A stretch of DNA of 64,000 nucleotides from Octopus vulgaris (GCA_951406725.2 OX597840.1:37510001-37574000), one strand, 5' to 3'. Positions 13,846 to 27,190 are shown, counted from the stretch's first letter. The notes: a model not told the origin generated them from the letters alone. A program made the numbers and translations.

Positions 13846-14723
13846 TGGTCACAAAGTGGGAGCAGACCAAATTACCTTTAGTTATAAGAGGTGAGGATGT
13901 ACCTGTCAACTTATTAACCAAGGACATTAATCAGCGTGTAAAATTTTCATTAGATTCAAATAGATGAGACAAACCCATCCAAATGCAGAGCAACACACTT
14001 GACATACACCTGAACTAAACTTGTTATGTTTGACTGGAATGCGTGGTTAACAAAATTATAATCAATTCTCAAAATTGATTTTCTTTTGTTTTACCTGTGA
14101 CGGACTTAACTTCCAACTAGAGGGATTGTTGACCTCCTCGTCTAGCCAACGGGGTGCCACCACACGAAAGCAATGTATTTTTGTATAGTTATTTTTAGGC
14201 ATCATTGCCCATTCGATTAAAGGTGTAGGTGGTTTATCTGGAATTTTTGGGAGATACATTTTTATATCTGTCCAACTTACAATAGGAAACCGCTTCCTTC
14301 TTTGTTCTATTCCTCGTGGCCTCGGCTGAGTGAATATTCAAACAAACTAATGATGAACCGTTGTACAGTCCTGCTTTTTCGGTTTCTTTTATTTTTTTCC
14401 CGTTTCTAGATTCAATGTTCTCCCCAAAACTACATTTATCCAATCTATGTTATCACTATTTAAAAGTTGAAAATAAAAATATCAACAAAAAAATTCCCAA
14501 GATCAAATTACAATTATGTCGGCCATTTTGTTCCAGACAAATATAACACTGACAGGTCAGGTGGATGTCAAATAGCGCTCGTCCATATTTTGATGGTTTC
14601 GTCTCGTTATTTTTGACCTGGTGAAGACATCATACACTGATTAATGTCCTTATTTAATAAGTTGTAGACGCCTTTTGACCTCTCGTGGCACAGGTAATTT
14701 TGTGTTCACCCATTTTGTGACCA
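13846..14723. mobile_element. old non-autonomous DNA transposon with long (~240 bp) imperfect TIRs
   Basis: TGGTCACAAAGTGGG (13846) vs CCCATTTTGTGACCA (ends 14723), and CAACTTATTAACCAAGGACATTAATCAG vs CTGATTAATGTCCTTATTTAATAAGTTG. Colinear inverted similarity continues to about 14090 / 14470. Confidence 0.75.
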
Positions 14724-14815
14724 ATTTCTTGAAGGTGACCATGTTATTTCAACAGACATCAGTTTTGCAGAAAATATAAAAAGACAGTTAAATGTCCATT
14801 ATAATAATTATCCGC

Positions 14816-14863
<48 letters not shown>

Positions 14864-16240
14864 GTCTGCCTATCTATCTATCTCGTAATATATACATACA
14901 CAAGTATATACACGCATTTATATATACACTCATTTCTACACATGTATATGTATATATATATATAAATGAATATATGTATATACGTATATACGTTTCCTAT
15001 CCTTCAGTCTATCGGCTTCCCTATCATTCTCTGTGCGTGGATATGTGTGTGTATGTATGTATCTATATAAATGCACATATACATATATATACATACATAT
15101 ACATACCCATATATATATATACATATATATACACATATATATGCATACACACATACCGTATATACATATATACACACATATATACATATGTTCACACATA
15201 TATACATAAGTTCCCATACATATACACATATATGTTTAAATATATGTATATATAAGTATATATATATGTACATATACGTAAATATACATATATACATATA
15301 TAAATATATATATATGTATATGTATATATGTATATATATGTATGAATGACAATGAATAATTTAATTTTATATTGTAATCAATAAAGTTTTATAATCAATA
15401 AAGTCCTGGCTTTTGTTTGCTTCACTTTGGTTTCTTGATTAACATTTAGTTATTGAAATTTTGGGAAAAAAAAAGTCTGACTGAAATCTCATTGTCTTCC
15501 ACCGTACAAACAGAAGAGGCAGGAGAGAAGCCCTGACCTATTTCATTATTCCTGAGTGGAATGGTGCCAGTGGGCGTGAGAAAACCACACATTTATGGTA
15601 TCATCGAAAAGCCAGCCACACACGGACGCACTCGCACACACACAAGCAAACTTGGACACTGATGATGTTTGGCCGTTAACATAACCGGGACGCTGCCCTT
15701 TGGCAATCTCTACGTCTCGTAGGGTTTTGAACCCTGACCATTCTAATCATTGAACTGTTTTCAGGAGATGTCGATTTAGTCCAAGAAGCATATATATGTG
15801 TGTATGCATATAACGATAACCTCTGCCGTCGATGACGACGTATAACCCTTCCCCTCGAGCCAAATCACCTGCAGAAATGATTTGTTTTCACTGGAGAAAC
15901 ATAGACACCTGTGTGATAGACACACGGCACACAAAACGAAAAAGACGTATATACATTATATTTTCTGCGGCCCTGCTGTTGCACTTCCTTGAAGAAATTT
16001 TCTGTCGAAGAATCGACACCTAGTACTTGTACGACTGGTTTCTTTCAGTTCCTCTCCACAAGGTGCTGCACAGCTGGACTGAACTTGTAATCAAGTGGTT
16101 GGTAAGCAGCTCCTTACGACATAATACCTATATTTACATATATATGTGTGTGTGGTGGGTGTAAATATACAATTTTATATGCTCACAAACATATATATAC
16201 ATATATATATACAGAGAGAGATAAACAGTATATATATATA

Positions 16241-16300
<60 letters not shown>

Positions 16301-17052
16301 ATACATACGTGTCGATATCTATATTAGATGAAATAGATTGTGTGTGTATATAAATATTCATATTTATACATATATATACATTCATATATATATATATAGA
16401 GAGAGATAGATAGATGGAGAGAGAGAGGCGAAGAGAGAGAAAGAGTGAGGGAAAGTGTGTGTGGCATGGAGAGATTTAAAAATGTGTTGATGTTAGGAAT
16501 TCGGTTACACAACCCATTGCATTCACAGTATCTTATGAACAAAGTCTTTGTTCAAATTTACAGTCATCGACGCATTGGTTCCCAGGAAAATGTCAGCCTG
16601 TCTTTTGTCCTCCCTAAAATTTCTCCTAGCAATCCCTGACCCGCTTTTACAACAAACTGGTTACATAACCGACGTGGTTTCTCTGCCACCGATACTAACT
16701 GCATGCGGTATTCAGTTTGACATATATATATATCACAGATGACCCTTATCATCCTATAGAAATAAAAGCCACGTTTCTCTCCAAAATCACGCATATAATT
16801 TCGCTTTACCGATGCTAATAATGTCAGGATAAATTTTAATATAGATGCACTAATACAGAACAGTTACATGGAATTAGATAGAATGTATAAAATAAAATTA
16901 AATGCTATACATTCAACTGAACACTGAATCTGATGGCAGAAATAACTGTAAGCTAATGAAGTTACTTATATAATTTCTTATTTTCTTCCCGTAATTTTAC
17001 TTTATAATACGTAGATGCGTGTGTGTGTGTTTGAGTGTGTGTATATTTCTCT

Positions 17053-17107
<55 letters not shown>

Positions 17108-17599
17108 ATAATGTTTGTAATTGTTTCCGTCATTGTCCTGCGAGGAAGCGCGTGCATCGATTCAAAGATTTTAGTCGTAGACATTGCCCCAGCCCCCACC
17201 AACTCATATTCTTGTATTCTTAATCCTAATACTATTGAATTCTATTCCTCGAGTTCTGATGCCTGCCGCAAATATACGGGGACGTAACCAAACTAATACA
17301 GGTTGTCATTTGCTAAGAGAGACACAGTTAGAAATGCACAACACGTCCACCAAATTATGTAAATATATGACGATCTTCTTCCAGTTTCCTCTCTCTGCCT
17401 TCTTAGTCTATCTGGCTACATATCTGTCCAACAATATTTTCTCATTTTTGCAAACATACACACAGATATATATATATAAGTCGCTACTCTAGCATAGCAA
17501 CAGTTGGGTAACTGAAACAGGTAAAAGAGTAAAAGAATACATACACACGCTCGTAAAAACACACACAAACATATTCTTCCTTTGAGTAATCGATTTACA

Positions 17600-17796
17600 C
17601 ACTCTCTATTGGTCATTTCTTTTCCTCTGCTTTGAACTATTCCTTTACTCCTTTCCGACGAAAAGCTTTGCTCGAAACGTCAAAAACTCTTTTTTTACTG
17701 AGCGTCGGACTAACACTTTCATTGTACTCATCCCCTTGTTGACTATTTTGTTAATTTTATTGTTTGTCTCTTTGAATTGATTGCTCATTTGAATTG

Positions 17797-17800
<4 letters not shown>
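17600..17800 (+). mobile_element. Penelope-like element 3' end with hammerhead-like motif (family H5, diverged)
   Basis: 17652-17684 reads ttt CCGACGA a aagc ttt gctc GAAA cg TC aaa. Downstream CTGAGCGTC..CTAACAC is shared with the other H5 copies; it ends at (TA)n. Confidence 0.6.
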
Positions 17801-17850
<50 letters not shown>

Positions 17851-17851
<1 letters not shown>

Positions 17852-18230
17852 TAGCAGTATCGCCCGGCGTTGCTCGGGTTTGTAAGGTAATTAACTATAT
17901 AAGCATTTTTAGAGATGTAAAGTATAATAGCCATCTCAATATGGCTAACCACAAAGGGGGGTGTTACTGTAGCTCTTTACGTTCTGAGATTTAATAATAC
18001 ATTTTTAGAGAGTTACTTCCCTTATATATGCCAAAAATGCATTAAAAATGGGAAAAATTGATGGTAATTTTGTTTTAAATCGTAGACTCATCGTAGACGC
18101 GAGCTAATACCCAGAAGGGCTCGATATGAATCACGACTATAAGATAACCAGTTTTGGTTAAACTGCACCGCAAAATGTGGGAGTAGTTAGGAATCTAAAT
18201 CGTAGGAGACAGCCAGCACACAATATATAC
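17851..18230 (-). mobile_element. non-autonomous Helitron-like element
   Basis: Minus-strand 3' end CCCGAGCAACGCCGGG hairpin + CGATACTG + CTAG; same terminus as 4005 with a different interior; abuts (TA)n. Confidence 0.65.
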
Positions 18231-18757
18231 AGGTGAACTTTTCTGAACACGCAGGTATATGCCTTGTGTGTGTACTGTAGAAGGAGAGAGCGTAACGGAA
18301 TTTCAGAAATATTCTGATTATGTACAGCGGATCAACTATAGGTCACGTGTGTTCACTTCAAGCTCTCCAAAACGTAAAAGTGATTCTTTGACGCTTTCTT
18401 CAAAAACGTCGGAGGGCACCGTCGCCCAAATATTTGTTAATATAACCGCTAAAATGAGGTCATCTGTGCGAACAATTCTGTCTGTAATTACGGTAATTCC
18501 TTGCGTCAAATGTTTAGACAGAATCATCAGCGTTCGATATATTATTTATTGATTTGTAACAGTTCTAGAATATTTCCTTATCCCTTGTTTTGTAGATATT
18601 TCTTTCTTTATTAATTTTTGCATCGTTTGTTTTATTTCTGCCTTCTAATTCAATATCTGTCTCCCTTTATTGTTTTAATAATTTTTTTCACAAATAAAAG
18701 AATACAAACAACAATTTACTTTAATTATATTTTTCATAATCTAAAACATAATGGTCG

Positions 18758-18790
<33 letters not shown>

Positions 18791-19771
18791 GGACGTATAT
18801 ATGTATATACATATCTATGTCTATATAACAATATGCATGTATATACATGTATATATACAAATATATATATATATATATATATATGGACGATTATATGTAT
18901 ATACATATCTATGCATATATAAGTATATATGCATGTATATACATGTATATATACAAATATATCTATATATATATATGTATATGCATATATACATATGTGT
19001 GCACATAGAGATAGTTATAGATATACACATACATATATAGACACACACATATATATTTATTATAATACACACATGTATATTATACACGTATTTATGTATA
19101 CATACATATATATTGCTTATACATATAAGTATATGTACACACATATGCAAGTTGTATGTTGTATATGCATATACACGTATGTATTTATGCATATATGTGC
19201 GCATGAATGCATGTATGTACATGTGTACGTACGCACATATATATATATATATGTTACCCTTGCAGTATTAACAATAATGACATGTTAATGTTCAAATTCT
19301 TTTCCCATATTTTCTGGTTGTTGTTGATTTTATTGTTGATGGTGGGAAAAGTTGGTTGCGTGGGCGATTAATTTGTTATTTTTTTCTTTGGAACTTTTTT
19401 TATATTTCCTATATGTTTTCTTTCGATTTTTTTCCATGAATGACGACGTAATGTAGGGGGCTGCATCATAATATGTTGTACATGATGCGATACAATGTGA
19501 AATAGGTTTGTAATAAGGTTGACCCTGGAGGTCACGAATTTGTCGGGGCTTTTGTCTTTTTATGTTTTCAGTTCTTTTCCATTATTTTCTACTGTTGTTA
19601 AACTTAATTAAAAACAAAATTATAAAAAAAACAGCATCACCAGCAAAAATAACAATAGCAATAATGATAAATAATTAAAAAAAACAATAACAACAACAAT
19701 AATAATAAGGATACTTTCTTGTGTATTAGAAAAACCAAATTCATTGAGTATAAAAGCGACAACAATTACAC

Positions 19772-19872
<101 letters not shown>

Positions 19873-19939
19873 GTGACAAGAAACTAACAGCAATGGCGGA
19901 ATGGACGGAGAAAGAAAAGAGACAATGAAAAGAATAATG

Positions 19940-21060
19940 TTGTAGTTTGTTGTTGATGATGATGATGATTAGGAGGAGAAAGAGGAAGAGTAGGAGGATG
20001 GTGATGACGATGATGCATATGATGATGGCGGTGGTGGTTGTGGTGGTGGTGGTGGTGTTGGACGTGATGATAACGATAGTTCTGGTGATGGTAGTGGTGC
20101 TGGTGATAACCATGTTGTTGCTGCAATTGATGGTGATGAGAAGAATGAGGACGATGGTGATGCTGCTGCAGCTAATGATGATGATGATGATGATGACTAT
20201 GATGAGGATCACGATGATGAAAATGAATACGACGATGGCAATGATGGTGATGTTTATGGCGATGATGTCACTGGCGATGAGTTTGGTGGCGATGACGTTT
20301 GTGGCGAGGAAGTCACTGTCTCACGTTGAATCTCTCTGGGATTTAAGGGTAGACGTGTCTCTGGGGTACTCGACCACTTGCACGTTAATTTCACGAGCAG
20401 ACTGTCCCGTTGATCGGATCAACTGGAACACTCACCGTGGTAAACCGACGGAGGATCAGTAGTATAATCAGGTCATCTTCACCCCATAAAAACATTACAA
20501 AGCAAAGATTATGTGGTGTTTTGACCTGCTAGAAATAGCAGCTAAATTTCTGCAAATAATATTTTTCGCTGTGATTCAGATGAGAAGATAATATAGAACA
20601 AGGAGATTCTGTTTTGTATAAAACCGGACAAAAATCACCGAATACGTCACAGAACGATTTTTGATTATCGGTCTGTTCTAACGGGATTTTATTCAACCGG
20701 CGTCGTCATCCTCATCATCACCATTACCAACATCGTTATCATCACCCTTATCATCATCATCACCACTATCATCAGCGTCATCGCCCTCATCATCATCATC
20801 ATCATCAATATTATCACCACCATCACCATCACCACTATCATCACCATCATCACCCTCATCATTATCATCATCAACATTATCATTATCAAAATTATCATCA
20901 TTATCACCATCACCACCATCACCACCATCATCATTAACATTATCATCGTTGTCGTCGTCATCAACCTCAACATCATCATCATCGTCATCATCATCACCAT
21001 CACAATCACCACGGTCGTCGTGTTCAGCATTAATAGCAGCAGCAACAACAACAACTACAA
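19940..21060. repeat. degenerate (GAT/GGT)n and (ATC/ACC)n trinucleotide tracts
   Basis: 19940-20310 is GAT-rich and 20700-21060 is ATC-rich; these explain the poly-M/D/H ORFs. Confidence 0.9.
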
Positions 21061-21878
21061 GACTTGCAACACTAACGTCGACCAAAACCTGCCACAGCAC
21101 CCATTCAGCATCTACCATTCTCCAATGTGTCTATTGAACTTGATATAAAATGATTTCTTACATATTACAATGAAGGCAAAAACAAAACGGTGGAAACAAG
21201 AAAGAAATAAAATAACACAATAACAAAAATATATTAATAGCAACAACAACAACAACAAGAACAAAGGTAACAGCGACAAAATTGCAACATCATAAACAAG
21301 AAGAACCACAACAAAAGCAATAAAAAAATATCCTGAACAAAACGAACGTGAAAAAGAACAACATAAACAATAAAGCAAAAAAAAGCTAATAAAACAACAA
21401 CATAGAAGAGTAACAAAAACAACAACAAAAATCAAAACAACACCAAACAACACAATAACAACATGAACAGAAACAAGAGCAACTTCATCTTCCTCCTCCT
21501 CATCGTCATCATCAATAACAGGAAACGGTATCAAAATATTATCGATTATTGATACCATCAAGGTTTAAGTGGTGTATTTTCAATCTCACAATATTGTCTG
21601 CATTATTGCTTTGTTTTTATTGTATGTTTGTCTGTTGTTTTTTTTTTTTTCCTTTTACTTCCTCCTGTTCGGTTTCCTTAGTAACGCTATGAATATATGT
21701 ATAATTATGTATCAATCAGCGTTTCTTACATCGACAGAGGGGCCAAAATGTTTTTGGCAGTGGAACGGAAGAGAAGATTATATCGACCCTGGTAGTGAAC
21801 TGTTAATTTATTTTACTTTTTCCTGGAAGAATGCAAAGTAAGTCAACCTTGGCAGGACTTGAACACAGTACCTAAAGG

Positions 21879-22027
21879 AATGGTTCTCAAACGCTTAAAT
21901 ATCAAGGCCATATCCCAAAACTTGATTTTGGAGGGGGAAACTAAAACCGTAAAATACAAATCAATTAAAGAGACACTTCTGGAGGGAGACGGCATGCGGC
22001 CCTAAAAACCGCGGTTGAGGAACGCTG
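21879..22027. mobile_element. possible hAT-type MITE
   Basis: Ends AATGGTTCTCAAAC ... GGTTGAGGAACGCTG resemble hAT MITE termini; a subterminal GCGGCCC is present. Confidence 0.4.
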
Positions 22028-23541
22028 ACCTGATGCCATGTAAGTGAATATAGCAAGGCAATTTGTCTGAACCCTTCTCACAATTTTTACATCGTCTAAC
22101 TGATCATGATAACTATAATAATAAGAATATATTAGAAGAGCGGAAAGGAGTAAATGGAGCAAGAATACGCACGAAAATGAAAAGTGTCGCTGAAGAGGTC
22201 ATGGATGTGTGGCGAAAGATTTCCGGAAAATGGACATGAGTTAGAATAAGAACAGCAATAAACGAGTGAAGAACAAATATATAGTGCGTCTGTGTATTTG
22301 GCATCAAAAAGGGAAAATGACCGTCCCAAAATACAACAATAATAATAGGAATAATTCGTATTATAATCAAACAGCGAAACATGTTATGGGGGTTGTCGTT
22401 GGTTAAAATGACCCCAGGCCACTGAAAGGGAACTTTGACGATGTTGCGGCTTAAACTCAGAACATAAGGGGCTGCAAGAAGCGACAAAGGGCATTTCGTC
22501 CGACACTCTTAAAATTTTACAGAAAACCATAATTTTGAATTGAGATTTTAATCAATAAAATTGACCCAAGGTCTCCATAGACAATCTCCATTTTTTTTTT
22601 CTTATCGATCCCTGGATAAAGAAATGCAAAGTGCGTTCGACAGGATTTGATTTTAGAACAGAAACTAAAAGCCAAATTGCCCCCTGCCCCACCCTGTCCC
22701 ACAGATAAAGGCCCGGATACACAATTCGCAACTAATTTTCTGTATTTCTCTTCCACACCAAGTTCCATAACATGTAACAATCAGAGAGGGCGCTGTCGGC
22801 GGTGGGAGCTTCAATGAAACAGATTATGAGCAGCCACATAACATGTGTGGCAGTGTGCCAAACTTAAAAATCAATGTAATTATCATTTTCATTATGTATA
22901 TTATTATTTTGCTGTTGTTGTTGTTGTTGTTGTTGTTATTATTGTTATTATTATTATTGTTGTTGCTGTTGTAGTTGTTTTCATTCTTTATATTATTGTT
23001 ATTGTTACGATTCTTGGATGCTTTATTTATTATTTTTTTGGACCATTTTGTTCTTCAAGTCTTTTGTCTTTGATGTTAATTTTTGTGTGTAATCATTTTG
23101 CACTTCCGGTTGAAAATTATGGCTTCACAGAAAACACAGGCACCGCATACAACCTCTTAAACATGCATACAAATATACAGATACATACATACAGATACAT
23201 GTATAGGTCTGTGTTTCTGTAGGTGAGTATTACACGTATGTAGATATGCATGCATTCAGATATACGTACATATACACAGACTAAACGTACGAAGACATCA
23301 TTTACACACACACGCCAATACACACACATACCACCACCACACACACATACATACATATACATACGGATGTGGCGTAGTATCAGTTTCAACAATATTGTTC
23401 TCTCAACAGCTCTGTGAAATAAAGACTCGCCAAAAGAACAGACATATTGGAAATCTGCTTCCGCTGACAGAAACCAAATTGCCGGCATCATTAAATCAGA
23501 AATGCAACATGGAAACCTCCTGATATAAATGTATCATGTAT

Positions 23542-23572
<31 letters not shown>

Positions 23573-23815
23573 CATACATACATATATATCTATTACACGC
23601 ACATATATATACGCACATATGTATGCACTTACACACAACACACAGGTAAACATACATATGTGTATATGTATGTATGTATGCATGCATAATAACGTGCATG
23701 TGGCTGAGGACTCCACAAGCACGTCTACTCTTAATAATTTTCGGGAAGATTCAGTGTGACCCAGATTGTGATACACATTGTCCTTTGAAATGCATGTATT
23801 ACTCACATTTGCCAG

Positions 23816-23858
<43 letters not shown>

Positions 23859-23863
<5 letters not shown>

Positions 23864-24290
23864 GAAAGAATGGAGTTGAACGACAAATTAACAAAATTCC
23901 TTTATTTTCGACATATGTTTCGAAGGCTATTCGCTATGCGCTCCGTGAGAGCAGTCATCTAAAAGTTTTTGTGAATCTTGATGTTGAAATAAATTCCTTG
24001 TTTTTCCTGATGAGAAAGCGGCATAATGTACTCCTTATTCCTTCACAATTAGGAATATGCAGCCTTCGAAACATATGTCGAAAATAAAGGAATTTTGTTA
24101 ATTTGTCGTTCAACTCCATTCTTTCATTTATTCATACATTTTATAAAAATACACACAAATTTCCACACCAAAACACGTAGTCTCTGCCCTAGGCACGTAA
24201 CTTCAACCATGTTATTTCTGATGTGAATTTGCTACCCAGGTATCGGTTAAACGAATTATCCATAAAAAGATATTTCATTTTTCTACTCAA
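23859..24290 (+). mobile_element. Penelope-like element remnant with inverted pseudo-LTR, inserted in (TA)n
   Basis: Perfect 70-bp inverted repeat 23859-23928 / 24061-24130; hammerhead at 24002-24084; (TA)n on both sides. Confidence 0.8.
24002..24084 (+). ncRNA. type I hammerhead ribozyme (H1), canonical core
   Basis: Stem I TTTTC/GAAAA; core CTGATGA (24007-24013); stem II GAAaGCgGCATA/TATGCaGCcTTC; GAAA (24068-24071); minimal stem III C-ATAT-G; cleavage triplet GTC (24077-24079). Confidence 0.8.
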
Positions 24291-24304
24291 ATATATATAT
24301 ATAT

Positions 24305-24542
24305 GAAAAAACAAGTCAAAAATAGAAAATGCTAAGATGATTTTATAGTGAATCTTTCAGTACCGGTTTCGGTCATTTTGAGACCTTTTCAACTGTAACG
24401 ATTAAATAATTAAATTTAGAAAAATTTAGAAAAATTAGAAGAAAGGTTTTTTTAAAGGAATACTTCCATAGTAGTGTTCAGATATAGGTGGCATTCTGCC
24501 TTTCTCTGACTTCCTTGTTTGCACTTGTGTATTCGAGGTCGT

Positions 24543-24545
<3 letters not shown>
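24305..24545 (-). mobile_element. Penelope-like element 3' end (family H2) between TA tracts
   Basis: Contains the hammerhead fold at 24358-24395 and is bounded by (TA)n. Confidence 0.6.
24358..24395 (-). ncRNA. minimal type I hammerhead ribozyme, U3-A8 variant core
   Basis: Minus strand reads cag TTGAAAA ggtc tcaaaat gacc GAAA ccgg TA ctg; stems I and II pair perfectly and stem III is palindromic (ACCGGT). Confidence 0.65.
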
Positions 24546-24583
<38 letters not shown>

Positions 24584-25832
24584 ATAAGGGTAGAATATTA
24601 AGAAGAATTTTCAGACCGGTGGCTAGCATGCAGACTAAAGTTAATAGACAAAATATTTTCATATGTAATAGTGTATAACCAATTTAAATATTTATACATT
24701 GACTGCTATTTCTAGCATGTAAGGTATCCTGTCAAAGATCATCTCTTTCGTGTATAAATACTTAGACTGTTTATATACTATTATATAGGATTTTATATAT
24801 ATATATGAGTGTGTGTGTGTGTATAGAAAAGTGTAGTGTACTCATTGCTGGCACTTCTAATTGTGAGATGTTGCGGTTTACGTCACCAAATCTCAAACGC
24901 AATATTAGTGAAGAATCAAGAAGCGGCCATAAAGTATATTGAGAAAAGGAAAAGGAAAAAAAGGTGGGATTTGATTGGATAAGTAAATATAAGATTGAAT
25001 ATGTAAATATACGATAGATAAAAGAAAAATATTTTTATTGCTTGTATATAAAACAGCTAAATATCAAATGAATATATAAAGCTTATTCAATGATACATCG
25101 ATTAATATTTGGCTTTTTATACTTAACTGTACATAAAATAAACAAACGCATAAACACACATACATTACAAAGACACAAAATATATATTCGTATATATATA
25201 TACACACATATATATATATATATGTATATATAATATTTGTGTTTATATCCAGCTTTATATGAAATCGGTTCAACAATAAACTGGAGAATTGCGCAACGAA
25301 TACTTATAAAACCTTTCATGGGAAAAGATTGATAGTGACTTCGAAGATTCGTCTTGCTTATGATTACGCATAAAACCTGAGGCAGACCATATTTTCTTTC
25401 GCATGAGGATTCTTTAACGGGTTGCTCTTTCTCGTGGCAGTTGCTCGTATTAAACTAATTCTTACGATACCACAAACCGACCTTGAGAAGCTAAGTTCTA
25501 TGAGTTTTATTACAGCAGATAATTGGACAATAACTGTGCAATGGATAAGGCTTTAGGAGTGCATATATCCCAGCGTTGCTGTCTTCATTGTAGAGAAGAT
25601 AGATTCAGTTGGAAGGGTGACACAACACCGATGGTAATTCCTCTTATCAGCAGAAAGTGACAGGAATAAACTCAGTTTAAAATCACCTAAAACTGACCGC
25701 CGAAATCTGTTTTATTGCGGGATCTATTCCCGTTGAGGCTTGGACAAGGAAATCAAGGCAAGACGCTTATATTCCATTGCGAGGCTAACCTGTGTATACA
25801 AACACCGAATGACGTGAAGTTGTGGGAACCCC

Positions 25833-26457
25833 GTTAACGGATTGAATATCGCTGATTTGCTGAATTGTGTGAACGTGTAGAAACGTGTAAATGGTTTGGA
25901 TCGCGGATACGTGCTGAACCGCATTCACCAGTTCAATGGCGTAGATATGTTGAATTGCACAGACGCATTGGAATGCGTTGTAGAGGCACATGGCCTAGTG
26001 GTTAGAGCAGCGGAATCGCGGTCGAGGGAGCGCGGGTTCGAATCTCAGACCGAGCGATGTGTGTCTTTATGAGCGAAACACCTAAGGTCCACGCGGCTCC
26101 GGCAGAAGGTAATGGCGACCTTCTGCTGACTCTTTCGCCAAACCTTTCTCTCACTTTTTCCTCCTGCATCTTGCAGCTTACCTGCGACGGACCGGCGACC
26201 CGTCCAAGTGGGGAACTTATATGCCAAAGAAACCGGGAAACTGGCCCTTATGAGCCACGCATGGATCGAAAAGGAACAAACATTGGAATGCGTTAGATGT
26301 GTTGAATCGCGCCGTGATGACGAATCGTTTACAATTGTTGAAACGCCTGATCTTGTTGAAGAGCAAAGACGTATGGAATCGCGTAGATGTGTTTAACTGC
26401 AAAGACGTATTAAACCTCAAAGACATATTATGAAGCGTAAATATATAGAAATACGTA
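25833..26457. repeat. degenerate 18-bp minisatellite (consensus ~GTAGACGTGTTGAATCGC), split by a SINE
   Basis: Units such as gtagatatgttgaattgc, acagacgcattggaatgc, gtagatgtgtttaactgc, aaagacgtattaaacctc. Confidence 0.7.
25980..26280 (+). mobile_element. tRNA-derived SINE family C, full length with 14-bp TSD
   Basis: A-box TGGCCTAGTGG, B-box GGTTCGAATC, central CCTGCGACGGACCGGCGACCCGTCCA motif; TSD CATTGGAATGCGTT at 25966-25979 and 26281-26294. Confidence 0.85.
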
Positions 26458-26919
26458 TTTCTCTTGCATTCCAAACACGCGTGCAACTGCATGCATCCGA
26501 ATTCTTGAGCATGCAGTGAACTCGCTTCTGAGTAGTCAGTATATTTCTATTTTAGTCACCATTTGTAAGCGAATGTTAGCTTTGGTTCCATCGATTATCG
26601 TGTAGCACTGCGTATATTCGTGGCATTATAACGAACTAACAATCACTTCCGTTTAGTTTCGGAAACCTTCAGACTTGAACTAATGAGATTAAAACTACAA
26701 ATGGCAGAGTTCAAGACAAGACTGTTCTATCACGACAACAAGTCTATCAACATAAACAGATTCAATGAACGTGGGAGAAGATGAGGTGAGCCACCAGCGA
26801 CAGCGTTCAATCTACAAACTTTACAACAACCAGAAAAGATATCTATCTACTTATGTATGTAACTATGTATATATTTATGTATGTATGTATTTATGTATGT
26901 ATCTATCTATCTATCCTCA

Positions 26920-26990
<71 letters not shown>

Positions 26991-27064
26991 ATACAAAATA
27001 AAATGAGACAACAAAGCCAAGGCTGTGTGGAAGAATTTTCAGGACATTTATAAAGAGAAAGTTA

Positions 27065-27112
27065 GTCTTACGGCTGTTTCTCGGATATTAGGGATATCCC
27101 TTCATCAGAGAC
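27065..27112 (-). ncRNA. minimal type I hammerhead ribozyme (family H3) in PLE 3' end ~26992-27135
   Basis: Minus strand reads gtct CTGATGA a gggatat cccta atatccg a GAAA cagccg TA agac; homologous to 62056-62105. Confidence 0.7.
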
Positions 27113-27151
27113 GATATGAGATGGTTACATAGAGAAAAAGGTATGTATATG

Positions 27152-27186
<35 letters not shown>

Positions 27187-27190
<4 letters not shown>

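Noticed and set aside
18300-18530. Minus ORF with weak resemblance to a Tc1/mariner C-terminus (IWATVPSDVFEESV)
   Set aside because: No catalytic motif or clear TIR pair could be found.
20689-21137. Asp-rich ORF resembling acidic biomineralisation proteins
   Set aside because: It is a degenerate (GAT)n tract like others nearby, with no supporting gene structure.
22187-22226. Hammerhead-like string tcg CTGAAGA ggtcat..gtggc GAAA gatt TC cgg
   Set aside because: The stems rely on G-U pairs, there is no TA flank or second copy, and the context looks more like a decayed transposase tail; probably chance.
25983-26050. tRNA-like sequence with A and B boxes
   Set aside because: It is a SINE head followed by a SINE body and bounded by a TSD, not a tRNA gene.
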